Of a DNA stretch of 64,000 bases, positions 28,165-37,842 are shown in pieces. Within the stretch, counting starts at the first letter, position 1. Every line of letters begins with the position of its first letter. The notes below the pieces were generated by a model. That model did no database searches and had not been told where the DNA came from. It worked only from the letters and a program-made list of their open reading frames with translations. This DNA is from an uncultured Nitrososphaerota archaeon (GTDB lineage Archaea; Korarchaeota; Korarchaeia; Korarchaeales; Korarchaeaceae), in assembly GCA_964594835.1 (NCBI GenBank), contig CAZQNA010000001.1:192989-256988 (forward strand). Direction: 5' to 3'. Both the position numbers and the translations under genes were made by a program.

Positions 28165-29333
28165 CTCTCTACAGGATAGTCCTGGCGGACCTCAACCCCC
28201 GGAACCTACGGACCGTGCTCACGGCGCTGGGGATAGTCATCGGGGTGGCCTCGCTGGTCTCCCTCCTGGCGATAGGCTACGGGATGAGGGCGGCCGTGAG
28301 GGAGAACTTGGAGGGCCTGGTGAACATGGGCTTCATCCTTATGCCCTCCGGGGGGAGTTCCTCCGGTGGGTTCGGCCTGGGGTCTATGTCCCCCATGGGG
28401 GTCATCCCGGAGGGAGAGATCGAGGGCATCGACGAGATCTACGGCGTCAGCCTCGTGACGCCCGTACTGACTCAGGTCGGGTTCACCAGGCAGACGGGGG
28501 ACTCTGCCCTGCTCGTGATAGGCACCCCGCTCAGTGGGCTGGAGAAGGGGCTGCCGGGCCTCGTCGATGGGTCCTACTGGACGGGCGACAGGGAGGCCGT
28601 GTTGGGGGCCACGGCGGCCAAGATGCTGTCGGCTAAGCCTGGAGACAGGATAGAGATCCTGAAGAGGCCCTACGACGAGGAGGGGCTCTCTGTGAGGGTG
28701 GTAGGGATCCTGTCCTCAACGGGGACTTTCCTGCAGGATCAGGCGATCTACCTGCCGCTTGAGACCGTCCAAGAGTTCTACGGCCAGGAGGGCGCCGTGA
28801 ACCTGGTCTTCGTGAGGGTCGACGACCCTGAGGCGGCAGAGGCCGTGAGAGAGGTCTTGGTGGAGAGGTACCCAGACCTCATGATAGTGGAGACCGACCA
28901 GGTGATGCAGAACGTCGGCTCGATACTCAGCATACTGGACGCGGTCCTGCTGGGCATAGGGAGCATATCCATGCTGATCGCGGGTCTGAGCATAACGAAC
29001 TCAGTCATGATGAGCGTTAACGAGAAGGTCAGGGAGATCGGCATACTGAAGGCCCTCGGCTACACGAGGGGCGAGATCCTGCGCATGTTTGTCGTCGAGG
29101 GGCTGGCGTACTCGGCGGTTGGGGGGCCTATCGGCGTTGCCGCGGGCGTGCTGGTGGCCAAGTTCGTGTCCTCGGCCCTGTCCGTCAGGGGCTACGCGCT
29201 CCCCCTTGAGTTCGGCCCGCAGTCCGTGGTGGCTGGACTTGCGGTCTCGCTCGCCGTAAGCCTGGTCGCCTCCATCCCACCCGCCAGGAGGGCGGCGAGC
29301 ATGAGGGTCGTGGAGGCGCTGTCCCATGAGTGA
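28161..29333 (+). CDS. MacB/FtsX-family ABC transporter permease
   Basis: LTALGIVIGVAS, SVNEKVREIGILKALG and PPARRAAS motifs. Confidence 0.92.
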   Translation: MTLYRIVLADLNPRNLRTVLTALGIVIGVASLVSLLAIGYGMRAAVRENLEGLVNMGFILMPSGGSSSGGFGLGSMSPMGVIPEGEIEGIDEIYGVSLVTPVLTQVGFTRQTGDSALLVIGTPLSGLEKGLPGLVDGSYWTGDREAVLGATAAKMLSAKPGDRIEILKRPYDEEGLSVRVVGILSSTGTFLQDQAIYLPLETVQEFYGQEGAVNLVFVRVDDPEAAEAVREVLVERYPDLMIVETDQVMQNVGSILSILDAVLLGIGSISMLIAGLSITNSVMMSVNEKVREIGILKALGYTRGEILRMFVVEGLAYSAVGGPIGVAAGVLVAKFVSSALSVRGYALPLEFGPQSVVAGLAVSLAVSLVASIPPARRAASMRVVEALSHE

Positions 29334-30066
29334 GCCGATGGTGAGGCTGGTCGACGTCTACAAGGCATACAGGATCGGCAGGAGGTACTTGGTCGTGCTG
29401 AGGGGCGTGAGCCTGGAGGTCGGGAGGGGAGAGTCCGTCGCCATCCTGGGGAAGAGCGGCTCGGGTAAGACAACCCTCCTCAACATCATTGCTGGCCTGG
29501 ACAGACCCTCCTACGGGCACGTCTACGTCGACGGGGTGGACCTTGTCTACCTGAGCGAGGACGAGTTGACAAGGTTCAGGAGGTCGAGGGTGAGCTTCAT
29601 CTTCCAGAGCTACAACCTCATATCGGAGCTCACGGCTCTGGAGAACGTCATGCTGGCCCAGAGGGCGAGGTTCGGAAAGACTGACAAGGAGAAGGCCATG
29701 CAGATCCTGAACCTCGTAGGCTTGGAGGGGCATGCTAACCATAAGCCCCACGAACTCAGCGGGGGACAGCAGCAGAGAGTCGCCATAGCAATGGCCCTCG
29801 CGAAATCTCCGAAGCTGATAATCGCGGATGAGCCAACCGGGGCCTTGGACAGCAGGACAAGAGAGCAGGTGCTGAACCTTCTGCTGGAGGCCAAGGAAAA
29901 GCTCGGTACGACGCTCTTGGTGGTGACTCACGACGAGGATGTGGCTGAGAGGATGGAGAGAGTAGTTCGAATCAAGGACGGGGAGATAGTCGAGGTAGGA
30001 ACGAGGCGACCTCACCCCGCCGCTCTAGACCAGCCAGTTCTCCTCTCAGCGGGGGTGAGGCGTTGA
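29326..30066 (+). CDS. ABC transporter ATP-binding protein (LolD/SalX-like)
   Basis: GKSGSGKT, LSGGQQQR, ADEPTG and VTHD. Confidence 0.95.
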   Translation: MSEPMVRLVDVYKAYRIGRRYLVVLRGVSLEVGRGESVAILGKSGSGKTTLLNIIAGLDRPSYGHVYVDGVDLVYLSEDELTRFRRSRVSFIFQSYNLISELTALENVMLAQRARFGKTDKEKAMQILNLVGLEGHANHKPHELSGGQQQRVAIAMALAKSPKLIIADEPTGALDSRTREQVLNLLLEAKEKLGTTLLVVTHDEDVAERMERVVRIKDGEIVEVGTRRPHPAALDQPVLLSAGVRR

Positions 30067-31331
30067 TCGGTGTGGTGCGCGCTGTGACCGTATTCTCCTC
30101 TCTAATCTCCCTCGTCTCTGCTGCCTTGTCTACGCTAAAGCCGGAGCTAGCTGAGTTACCCTCTGAGCTCCCACTAGTGTCCGTAATAATACCAGCTCGT
30201 GATGAGGAGAGGAACATAGGATCGTGCGTGGGAAGCGTTCTACGTCAGGATTACCCCAGGAAGGAGATCATAGTCGTGGCAAACGGTTGCAGGGACCGCA
30301 CCGCGGAGATAGCGAGATCGCTTGGCGTCGAGGTCCTAGAGCTAGAGGAGGCAAGCAAGCCCAAGGCGCTGAACATAGGGGCTTCTTATGCAAAGGGAAG
30401 CTTGTATCTGTTTCTTGACGCGGACACAGTTCTCCCGCGTGGGGCAATAAGGAGTTTACTTAGACACATCTACTCGGCCGATGATATCGGCGCTGTAGTC
30501 GCTGCCAAGGACTTCGTTGGCGAAGAACTTCACTCGCTGCTCGCGAGGATAGAATACTCGATCATAGATGTGGTGAGCCGGGTTCAAGGGCTCTTCGGGA
30601 CTACGTTCATCTACTCGGGCGCCTGCAGCCTAGTAAGGAGGGAGGCCTTCTGGGCTGTCGGCGGGTTTAGCAACGTGTACCCGTCTGAGGACGGGGATTT
30701 TGGTCTGAAATTGATGGAGGCGGGGTTTAAGGTAAGATACGCTCCCGACGTCGTGGTGACGCAAAGACTAAGGTATGGCTTTGGTCGGTGGGTGAGGTAC
30801 AGGTACGAGATCTCGAGGAGCCACTTTATGAGAATGGCTGAGCACTATAAGTGCCTGCTCCGAAAGAACTCTGTGACCATACTGGCCCTTGTGGTGCCGT
30901 CCTATCTCTACTCAATCCTAATGTTGGGTCTCCTCCTATACAAGCTGCTGTCCAACCTCCTAACACTCGAGCTGGCCGGTTCTCTGAAATATGTGACGAT
31001 AACGCTGGTGTTAATCATGCTCTCCAAAACTGAGATCTACTCTATGCTCCTAGGGATATCCGCCTACATGGCTTCCTACGCTGCCTACCTTAGCGTAACT
31101 AACAAGACGAAGCTAGCGCTCCTTCTTCCTCTGTACATGATAGTCTACGCGCCCCTAGTCGGCTTTGCTGAGAGCATCGGCGTGCTATCGGCTTGCTTTT
31201 ACATCGCAAGGAGGAGAGGGAAGAAGAGCCCGCAGCTGCTTCATGATTGGGATTCCCAACAGCTTTTGACCCGCGTGAGAGGTGTCGGCTTCTCCCTTTT
31301 TAGTGCGGTAAGTGCCCTTAACCCGAGATGA
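30063..31331 (+). CDS. Family 2 glycosyltransferase (processive, membrane-bound type)
   Basis: VIIPARDEE, FLDADT, SED motif and several C-terminal TMs. Lower GC3. Confidence 0.88.
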   Translation: MIGVVRAVTVFSSLISLVSAALSTLKPELAELPSELPLVSVIIPARDEERNIGSCVGSVLRQDYPRKEIIVVANGCRDRTAEIARSLGVEVLELEEASKPKALNIGASYAKGSLYLFLDADTVLPRGAIRSLLRHIYSADDIGAVVAAKDFVGEELHSLLARIEYSIIDVVSRVQGLFGTTFIYSGACSLVRREAFWAVGGFSNVYPSEDGDFGLKLMEAGFKVRYAPDVVVTQRLRYGFGRWVRYRYEISRSHFMRMAEHYKCLLRKNSVTILALVVPSYLYSILMLGLLLYKLLSNLLTLELAGSLKYVTITLVLIMLSKTEIYSMLLGISAYMASYAAYLSVTNKTKLALLLPLYMIVYAPLVGFAESIGVLSACFYIARRRGKKSPQLLHDWDSQQLLTRVRGVGFSLFSAVSALNPR

Positions 31332-31711
31332 TGCGGATGCAGAAGACCCCATGCCGAAGATCGTTGACGAGAAGCCGCCGAACAGGTTAGCGCCCTAGCT
31401 GGAGATCCTCACTCTCCCTGACCACAGGCATATTCTTCGCTCATAGGGACTCAGGGATAATTCGGAGGCGTCGACCTCGGCTGGAACCGAGGTCCAGAGG
31501 CTGAGACCTCGCTCGCCGACATGACTGGGATACACGGTCACCACCCGTACGGGACGGGCTTTGGTTCCACGGGATCATGCTCGACCCCGTTAACCGCCTT
31601 CATGTGGACGCCCTAGGCGACAGGGAGATCACGACCGAGATTGTCCTGAGGCTCACGAGGGAGGCCTTTCACTTTATCTTAACTCGGAAGAGGCTTGGGA
31701 GGGGGTGCGGC

Positions 31712-32743
31712 TTGGAGTTCAGGCTGGCCCTCATCGGATTTGGAAACGTTGGGCAGGGGTTGGCCCGCATTCTGAGGGACAAAGGACGGATAATTAGGGA
31801 GAGGTACGGGCTGGACTGCAAAATAGTCGCGATATCGGACCCGATTAAGGGTTCAGTTTACGACGAGGGAGGGCTAGACCCAGCCACGCTCCTAGCCTTG
31901 GTCGAGAAGGACGGTCACGTCAACAACTATCCTGGCGGGGTGAAAGGCCTAGACAGCCTAGAAACCATCCGGGGGACCGATTCGAATGTGGTGGTTGAGG
32001 TCACGCCGACCAACGTCGAGACGGGAGAACCTGGTCTCACGCACATTAGGACGGCGCTAGAGGTCGGCAAACACGTAGTTACCTCGAACAAGGGCCCGAT
32101 AGCCCTAGCCTACCGCGAACTCATGGCCCTGGCCGAGAAGAAGGGGGTGATTCTGAGGTTCGAGGGAACGGTGCTCAGTGGAACGCCGGCCATAAGCCTC
32201 GCCACGGAGGCTCTGGCAGGCGCCGACGTGCTGGAGGTCAAGGGCATCGTCAACGGCACGACCAACTTCATCTTGACAAAGATGGAGAATGGCCTGAGCT
32301 ACGAGGACGCGCTTCGTGAGGCCCAGAGGCTTGGATACGCAGAGGCTGACCCCACAGCCGACGTTGAGGGATGGGACGCCGCGGTAAAACTGGTCATCTT
32401 GGCCAACGTGGTCATGGGAGCAGACATCACACTCCGGGATGTGGAGAGAGAGGGAATAACGGGGGTGACGAGGGAGGACGTCGAGGTTGCCCTGAGAGAC
32501 GGCCAGAGGATCAAGCTGATTGCGTCTGCAAGGAGAGAAGGCTCCAGAGTGATAGCGAGGGTTGCGCCGACTGGGGTTCCGCTGACCCACCCGCTGGCCA
32601 ACGTCATGGGGGCCATGAACGCTCTCACGCTAGTCACGGACCATCTAGGTGAGGTTACAGTAGTCGGCCCAGGCGCGGGAAGGGTAGAGACGGGTCAGGC
32701 AATCCTGTCTGACCTCTTGGCGATTCACAGGCTCTTGAGGTGA
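31712..32743 (+). CDS. hom: Homoserine dehydrogenase
   Basis: IGFGNVG, HVVTSNKGP, GIVNGTTNFIL, GYAEADPTADVEGWD and GPGAG. TTG 31712 chosen as start. Confidence 0.92.
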   Translation: MEFRLALIGFGNVGQGLARILRDKGRIIRERYGLDCKIVAISDPIKGSVYDEGGLDPATLLALVEKDGHVNNYPGGVKGLDSLETIRGTDSNVVVEVTPTNVETGEPGLTHIRTALEVGKHVVTSNKGPIALAYRELMALAEKKGVILRFEGTVLSGTPAISLATEALAGADVLEVKGIVNGTTNFILTKMENGLSYEDALREAQRLGYAEADPTADVEGWDAAVKLVILANVVMGADITLRDVEREGITGVTREDVEVALRDGQRIKLIASARREGSRVIARVAPTGVPLTHPLANVMGAMNALTLVTDHLGEVTVVGPGAGRVETGQAILSDLLAIHRLLR

Positions 32744-34608
32744 GACGGGTGAGCGGCGGCTATGTTGGAAGGATCTTGGAGGTGGACCTATCGAGCGAGA
32801 GAGTTGAGGTCAGCCCGCTAGACGAGAAACTTGCTAGGATGTTCATAGGGGGGAAGGGGCTGGGGGCAAAGATCTTGTATGACTCGCTGAAGCCCGGAGT
32901 AGATCCACTGAGTCCTGAGAACCTGCTGATATTTGCTACTGGCCCTCTGACCGGGACGGAGGCGCCCACATCAGGCAGGTTTGCCGTTGTGACAAAGTCT
33001 CCGCTCACTAACATCTTCTTAGACAGCCAGGTGGGGGGTCATTTCGGGCCAGAGCTGAAGTTCGCCGGCTACGACGCTCTCGTTATAAAGGGAAAGGCGG
33101 ATAGCCCGAGGTACCTCCTCATCAGGGACGACGAGGTCGAAATACTGGATGCCGCAGACCTCTGGGGCCTGACCACGGTTCAGACGGTCCAGACGATAAG
33201 GGAGAGGCACGGAGATAGAAGGCTAAGGGTCGCCAGCATAGGCCCTGCCGGAGAGAGGCTTGTCAGGTTCGCCTGCATAGCGATAGATCATCACCTTCAG
33301 CCGGAGAGGGGAGGGCAGGCTGGCAGGGGCGGTGCCGGAGCTGTCATGGGCTCCAAGAGGCTGAAAGCGATAGCCGTCAGGGGCACGGGCAGGATGGAGT
33401 ATGCAAAGCCGGAGGAGTTCAGGGAGGCCGTAAAGAGGGCCATGGAGGCGATAAGCTCCAACTCATTCATCCCGATCAGGAGGAGGTACGGTACGCCGCT
33501 CTGGGTGGGCCCAATGAACGAGATGGGAATCCTCCCGACACGCAACTTCCAGCAGTCGACATTCGAGAGGGCCGACGAGATCACCGGGGAGACGATGAGG
33601 GAGAGGATCGTTGTCTCAGACAGGGCCTGCTACAACTGCCCGATAGCCTGCGGGAAGTACAGCGAGGTTAAGTCTGGCAAGTACGCGGGCACCGCCGTTG
33701 AGGGCCCCGAGTACGAGGTGATAGCGCTCATGGGCTCCGCCTGTGGCGTGGCCCCCATAGAGGCTGTAGCTAGGGCCGCTCAGCTGATCGACGAGCTCGG
33801 GCTGGACGGGATCTCAACCGGAAACGTGATCGCGTGGGCCATGGAGTGTTACGAAAGGGGGATCTTCACCAGCGAGGATACCGGCGGGCTAGACCTCAGG
33901 TTCGGAAACGCAGACGCCATGATAGAGATGGTCGGGAGGATAGCGTACCGCGAGGGGCTCGGTGATCTCCTAGCAGAGGGGGTTAAGAGGGCCTCGGAGA
34001 AGCTTGGGAGGGGCTCGGAGAGGTTCGCGATGCATGTGAAGGGCATGGAGCTGCCTGGATACGAGCCCAGGGGATCCTTCGGAATGGCCTTAGCCTACGC
34101 CACGTCGGACAGGGGAGGGTGCCACCAACGCGCCTGGACCGTCAGGGCGGAGATCGAGGGTAGGCTCGGGCCCAGGTTCTCGATAGAAGGCAGGGCCAAG
34201 TTCGTGAAGGAGACGCAGGACGAGAGGGCTGCCTGCTTCTCCCTCGTGCTGTGCGACTTCGCTCCGCTGGAGGTAGGTCACTTCGTGGATATGCTGAACG
34301 CGGCCACGAGCTTCGACTTCTCAGAGGAGGAGTATCTGAGGGCTGGCGAGAGGATATGGAACCTGACCAGGATGTTCAACGTGAGGGAGGGGGTTAGCAG
34401 GAAGGACGACATGCTGCCTCCAAGGCTGATGGAGGAGCCTCTGCCTGACGGCCCAGGCGCCGGAAACGTGATCACGAGGGACATGCTTGACCGCATGCTG
34501 GATGAGTACTACGAACTCAGAGGTTGGGACTCTAACGGTGTGCCAACTTCAGAGAAGCTTAAAGAGCTAGCCCTCTCTGACTTGATCTCAGATCTACCGG
34601 GAGGATGA
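32740..34608 (+). CDS. aor: Tungsten/molybdenum aldehyde:ferredoxin oxidoreductase
   Basis: TKSPLT, GRGGAGAVMGSK, CYNCPIACG, EGPEYE, RGGCH and YYELRGWD. Confidence 0.93.
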   Translation: MRRVSGGYVGRILEVDLSSERVEVSPLDEKLARMFIGGKGLGAKILYDSLKPGVDPLSPENLLIFATGPLTGTEAPTSGRFAVVTKSPLTNIFLDSQVGGHFGPELKFAGYDALVIKGKADSPRYLLIRDDEVEILDAADLWGLTTVQTVQTIRERHGDRRLRVASIGPAGERLVRFACIAIDHHLQPERGGQAGRGGAGAVMGSKRLKAIAVRGTGRMEYAKPEEFREAVKRAMEAISSNSFIPIRRRYGTPLWVGPMNEMGILPTRNFQQSTFERADEITGETMRERIVVSDRACYNCPIACGKYSEVKSGKYAGTAVEGPEYEVIALMGSACGVAPIEAVARAAQLIDELGLDGISTGNVIAWAMECYERGIFTSEDTGGLDLRFGNADAMIEMVGRIAYREGLGDLLAEGVKRASEKLGRGSERFAMHVKGMELPGYEPRGSFGMALAYATSDRGGCHQRAWTVRAEIEGRLGPRFSIEGRAKFVKETQDERAACFSLVLCDFAPLEVGHFVDMLNAATSFDFSEEEYLRAGERIWNLTRMFNVREGVSRKDDMLPPRLMEEPLPDGPGAGNVITRDMLDRMLDEYYELRGWDSNGVPTSEKLKELALSDLISDLPGG

Positions 34609-34845
34609 CGTAGGCATCCTAATCTCCTAGACCTAAGTCTTCTGACCCAGCCCCACCCTCAGTTTTGAGCTGGGTGGTATGAACGTACCCTTCTTCCATC
34701 ATGCGCCGGGACTAATCACAATGTGATTCCCCCAAGACCGGCTGCTCAACACCCTCTGATTAGGCTGGATCCCTCTAAGAGGAGGTGTGGGATCGCTCGC
34801 TTATCGTAGCTTACATTGCCTTGCATGCTAAGCGCGGCGTGGTCT

Positions 34846-34877
34846 GGCCCCGGCGCCCTAATTAGTGCGCCGGGGCC
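34846..34877. terminator. Strong inverted repeat (hairpin) just downstream of the radical SAM stop codon
   Basis: GGCCCCGGCGC-C-CTAATTAG-T-GCGCCGGGGCC in the convergent aor/rSAM gap. Confidence 0.5.
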
Positions 34878-34886
34878 GACAGCAGC

Positions 34887-36338
34887 TCATGTGGCCCTGA
34901 TCTCTCGCGCCCTCGTGACGATGATGCACCCAGGGTCTGGCGCCTGCGGGTCTCTCAGATATCCGTAGGCCCTCGCTCTGCACCCCCCGCACACGTACCT
35001 GAACGGGCAGGTCCCACAGGGCTCACTCAGGGAGTCCTTATCCCTGAGCTTCCACAGGAACTCGTCGGTACGCCACCACTCCTCGAAGCGGTCTCCCAAC
35101 CCGAGCACGTTGGCCAGGGTCTTCGGGAAGAACACGCATGGCCTCACGTCCCCGTTAGGCGAGAGTCCGATGTAGAACCTGCCGGCCCCGCAGCCGCCGA
35201 TGAAGTCGGCCAGGCTCCTGAGCCTCCCGCCCAGCTCGGCGTCGTAGAAGTGGGTCGGCAGCACCAGCCTGTCCGACCCACCCTCCCTCGCCTCCGCCTG
35301 CAGGGACACCCTGGCGAACTGGGGGGCCGTGGTCAGCACCTTCGGGCTCCCTCCCTCCCTCAGCTTCTCCCAGAGCCACCTGAGCAGCTCCTCTCTCTCC
35401 TCCGGCGAGAGGTCGAACCGATCAATGAACACGCCCCTGCCCGTGGGCACGAAGTTGTATACCATGAACCACTGGGCGCCGAGTTCCCGCACGAGGTCAA
35501 CGATTTGAGGGATCTCCCGGTAGTTCAGCTTGGTCGCCGTCGTCGCCACGTTGACGAAGAACCCCCTCTTGACCGCGACCTTTATTCCCCTCACGGCCCT
35601 CTCCCAGGCGCCTGGGACTCCCCTGAACCTGTCGTGGGTCTCCGGAGAGGCCCCGTCGAGGCTTATCTGCAGGAACCTCACCCCGGACTCCCAGAGTCTG
35701 TCGGCGGTTTGCTCGTCTATGAGCGTGCCGTTCGTAGCCATCGCCACGTAGAACCCACTCTCGTATGCGTACCTGCTCAGCTCGTATATGTCGGGCCTCA
35801 CCAGGGGCTCCCCACCGGACCACGCAATCGCCACTACTCCGGCCCTGCGCAGGATGTCGATGACCCTCTTCGCCTCTTGCGTGGTCAGCTCGTCATCCAG
35901 GGGCCTGCCCGCGTTGGCGTAACAGTGCCTGCACCTGAGGTTACAGGCGTAGGTCACGTCCCAGACAACAAGGAATGGGGCCCCGGGCACGAATGGCCTC
36001 CGCACGCCGAAGGCTTCCAGTCCCTTGACCACGCTGGCTAGCGCCCTCCTCCAGTGTTCTTCGCCCATCCTATCCCTCAGCTCGGAGAAGTCGGCCCCGA
36101 ACGCCTTGGCGCCCATCTTGAGCACGAACTCGGTCAGCCTCGCGGCCGTCCGGCAGATCACTGGCAGGCCCTCTAGGTCCCTGACCCCCGCGATGACCTC
36201 CAAGGCCACTTCGAGTCTAGTCTTTCCAGTTCCAGGGCACTCCGTCATGAGCCTCCGGAGCAGCACCCTAGAGACAGGGCTCTCGACGACCTTCTTGAAG
36301 GCCCCGACGGATCCGGCCAGGTCACTCAATTTGGTCAC
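34887..36338 (-). CDS. Radical SAM / SPASM domain protein
   Basis: CNLRCRHC, SGGEP, GCGAG...PC and CGTCPFRYVCGGCRARA...DPGC. Confidence 0.92.
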   Translation of the reverse strand: MTKLSDLAGSVGAFKKVVESPVSRVLLRRLMTECPGTGKTRLEVALEVIAGVRDLEGLPVICRTAARLTEFVLKMGAKAFGADFSELRDRMGEEHWRRALASVVKGLEAFGVRRPFVPGAPFLVVWDVTYACNLRCRHCYANAGRPLDDELTTQEAKRVIDILRRAGVVAIAWSGGEPLVRPDIYELSRYAYESGFYVAMATNGTLIDEQTADRLWESGVRFLQISLDGASPETHDRFRGVPGAWERAVRGIKVAVKRGFFVNVATTATKLNYREIPQIVDLVRELGAQWFMVYNFVPTGRGVFIDRFDLSPEEREELLRWLWEKLREGGSPKVLTTAPQFARVSLQAEAREGGSDRLVLPTHFYDAELGGRLRSLADFIGGCGAGRFYIGLSPNGDVRPCVFFPKTLANVLGLGDRFEEWWRTDEFLWKLRDKDSLSEPCGTCPFRYVCGGCRARAYGYLRDPQAPDPGCIIVTRAREIRAT

Positions 36339-36663
36339 CTCCCTCGAGCAGCCTCTCCAGCTCCCAGAGCCTCTCCCTCAGGTGATCAACGGCCGCCTGA
36401 ATCAGCTCCGACGGGGGAGGCAGGAAGTAGGCGTAGGAGAGCCTGCCTCCCCTCTCCACCGGTCGCCGCCTGATCAGCCTCCTGGAGAGGAGGCGGTGGA
36501 GCCAGTCGTGTGCGGCCCTCCGAGAGATGCTGAGGGCCCTGGCCACCTCTGATATGGTGAGCTCGCCCTCCCTGGCCAGGAGGTGGAGGATCTCGGCCGC
36601 CCTCGGCCTGAGTCCGAGGGTGCGAGCTATTGTGTCAATTATCCCTTCCATCGTGTGAAGCAA
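36322..36663 (-). CDS. TrmB/ArsR-like wHTH regulator
   Basis: GELTISEVARALSISRRAAHDWLHRL...GGRLSYAY; overlaps the rSAM start. Confidence 0.8.
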   Translation of the reverse strand: MLHTMEGIIDTIARTLGLRPRAAEILHLLAREGELTISEVARALSISRRAAHDWLHRLLSRRLIRRRPVERGGRLSYAYFLPPPSELIQAAVDHLRERLWELERLLEGGDQIE

Positions 36664-36760
36664 AAAGCTTCATATCATATAAAAGTGTGACCTTCAGCGG
36701 CGTCCCGAACCTGCCGGGATGCTCACCTCTCTTCTGGCCAGCCACCCCGGCTTCCGAGGA

Positions 36761-36964
36761 TTACTCCCGTTCCCAGACCTCCTCCAGGTACCTTAGGGGC
36801 GTCTCGGCGCCTCTCCTCTTCCTCCAGGCCCTGAAGACGGCGGCCAGCGCGGCGGCGGTCAGGGCCGCGTAGATGATGGCGGAGGTCCTCGACCCTCTGG
36901 CGACGCTGGCCGCCGTCCCCACGGACCCCAAGACACAGGCCAGTGTAGCCAGGAAGAGCGCCAT
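36761..36964 (-). CDS. Small two-TM membrane protein
   Basis: Two hydrophobic segments; frame remains open a short way upstream. Confidence 0.5.
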   Translation of the reverse strand: MALFLATLACVLGSVGTAASVARGSRTSAIIYAALTAAALAAVFRAWRKRRGAETPLRYLEEVWERE

Positions 36965-37013
36965 CCCGTACCGCCTGTAACTCTCCCTCAGCCTCTGCAG
37001 GCCCCCCAGGGTC

Positions 37014-37802
37014 CTACCCTCCCTCTTCCCTCTCGAGCGCGACGACTGCCTCCAAGGCCGTCTTGATCGCCCTATCTATCGCCTCGGCCCGCCTGGGGTC
37101 GTCCTGATCGACCAGGCCGCCCTCCCCCGTGCTGAGGTTGGCGACCACCCCGTTCACCGTCCCCGCCTCCAGCCCGCGAAGGTGGCTCACGATGAATATG
37201 GCCGAGCTTTCCATGTCCAGGCTGACGATCCCGAGTTCCCTGAGCCCCTCCAGGTACTCGGGCGTCTCGGCGTAGAAGGCGTCATCGGAGCTGATTATCC
37301 CCACGTGGTGCCTGTACCCCAATGACTGGGCCGCCCTCTTCAGGGCCAGGAGCACCCTGAGGCTCGGCACGGCGGGAAAGCCCTCCGGCACGTAGAAGTA
37401 GGACGTTCCCTCATTTCTAACGGCCCCGCTCGGTATTATCAGGTCGGCCACCCTGACGTGGGGCTGGAGGGCCGCCGAGGTTCCCACCCTGATGAAGACC
37501 TCGGCCCCCACGTTCGCGAGCTCCTCCACTGCAATCGACGCGGACGGGCACCCTATGCCCGTCGAGGTTGCCGACACCCTGACCCCCCTGTAGGTCCCCG
37601 TTACGGTCAGGAACTCTCTGTTGTGGGCCACCTCCTCCGCCCCTTCCATGTGCTCGGCTATCCTCCTGACTCTACCAGGGTCGCCGGGGAGGAGGACGTA
37701 CCGGGCCACGTCCCCCGGCCTCACCTTGAGGTGATACTGGAGCCTACCCCTTGAGACCTCCCTCTTGTCGACGGTCACCCGGACCACCGGGCGCCGATCC
37801 AC
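37014..37802 (-). CDS. udp: Uridine/nucleoside phosphorylase
   Basis: LPGDPGR, STGIGCPS, IRVGT, DAFY and DMESS. Confidence 0.88.
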   Translation of the reverse strand: MDRRPVVRVTVDKREVSRGRLQYHLKVRPGDVARYVLLPGDPGRVRRIAEHMEGAEEVAHNREFLTVTGTYRGVRVSATSTGIGCPSASIAVEELANVGAEVFIRVGTSAALQPHVRVADLIIPSGAVRNEGTSYFYVPEGFPAVPSLRVLLALKRAAQSLGYRHHVGIISSDDAFYAETPEYLEGLRELGIVSLDMESSAIFIVSHLRGLEAGTVNGVVANLSTGEGGLVDQDDPRRAEAIDRAIKTALEAVVALEREEGG

Positions 37803-37842
37803 GCTCAGGTTATAACGGCCCGGGGTCTCGCCAGCGTCCCGC

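Noticed and set aside
34714-34728. TrmB-like TGM motif (TATCAC-N5-GTGATA)
   Set aside because: Spacing is N3, the flanks differ and no promoter is adjacent. Kept only as an unexplained palindrome.
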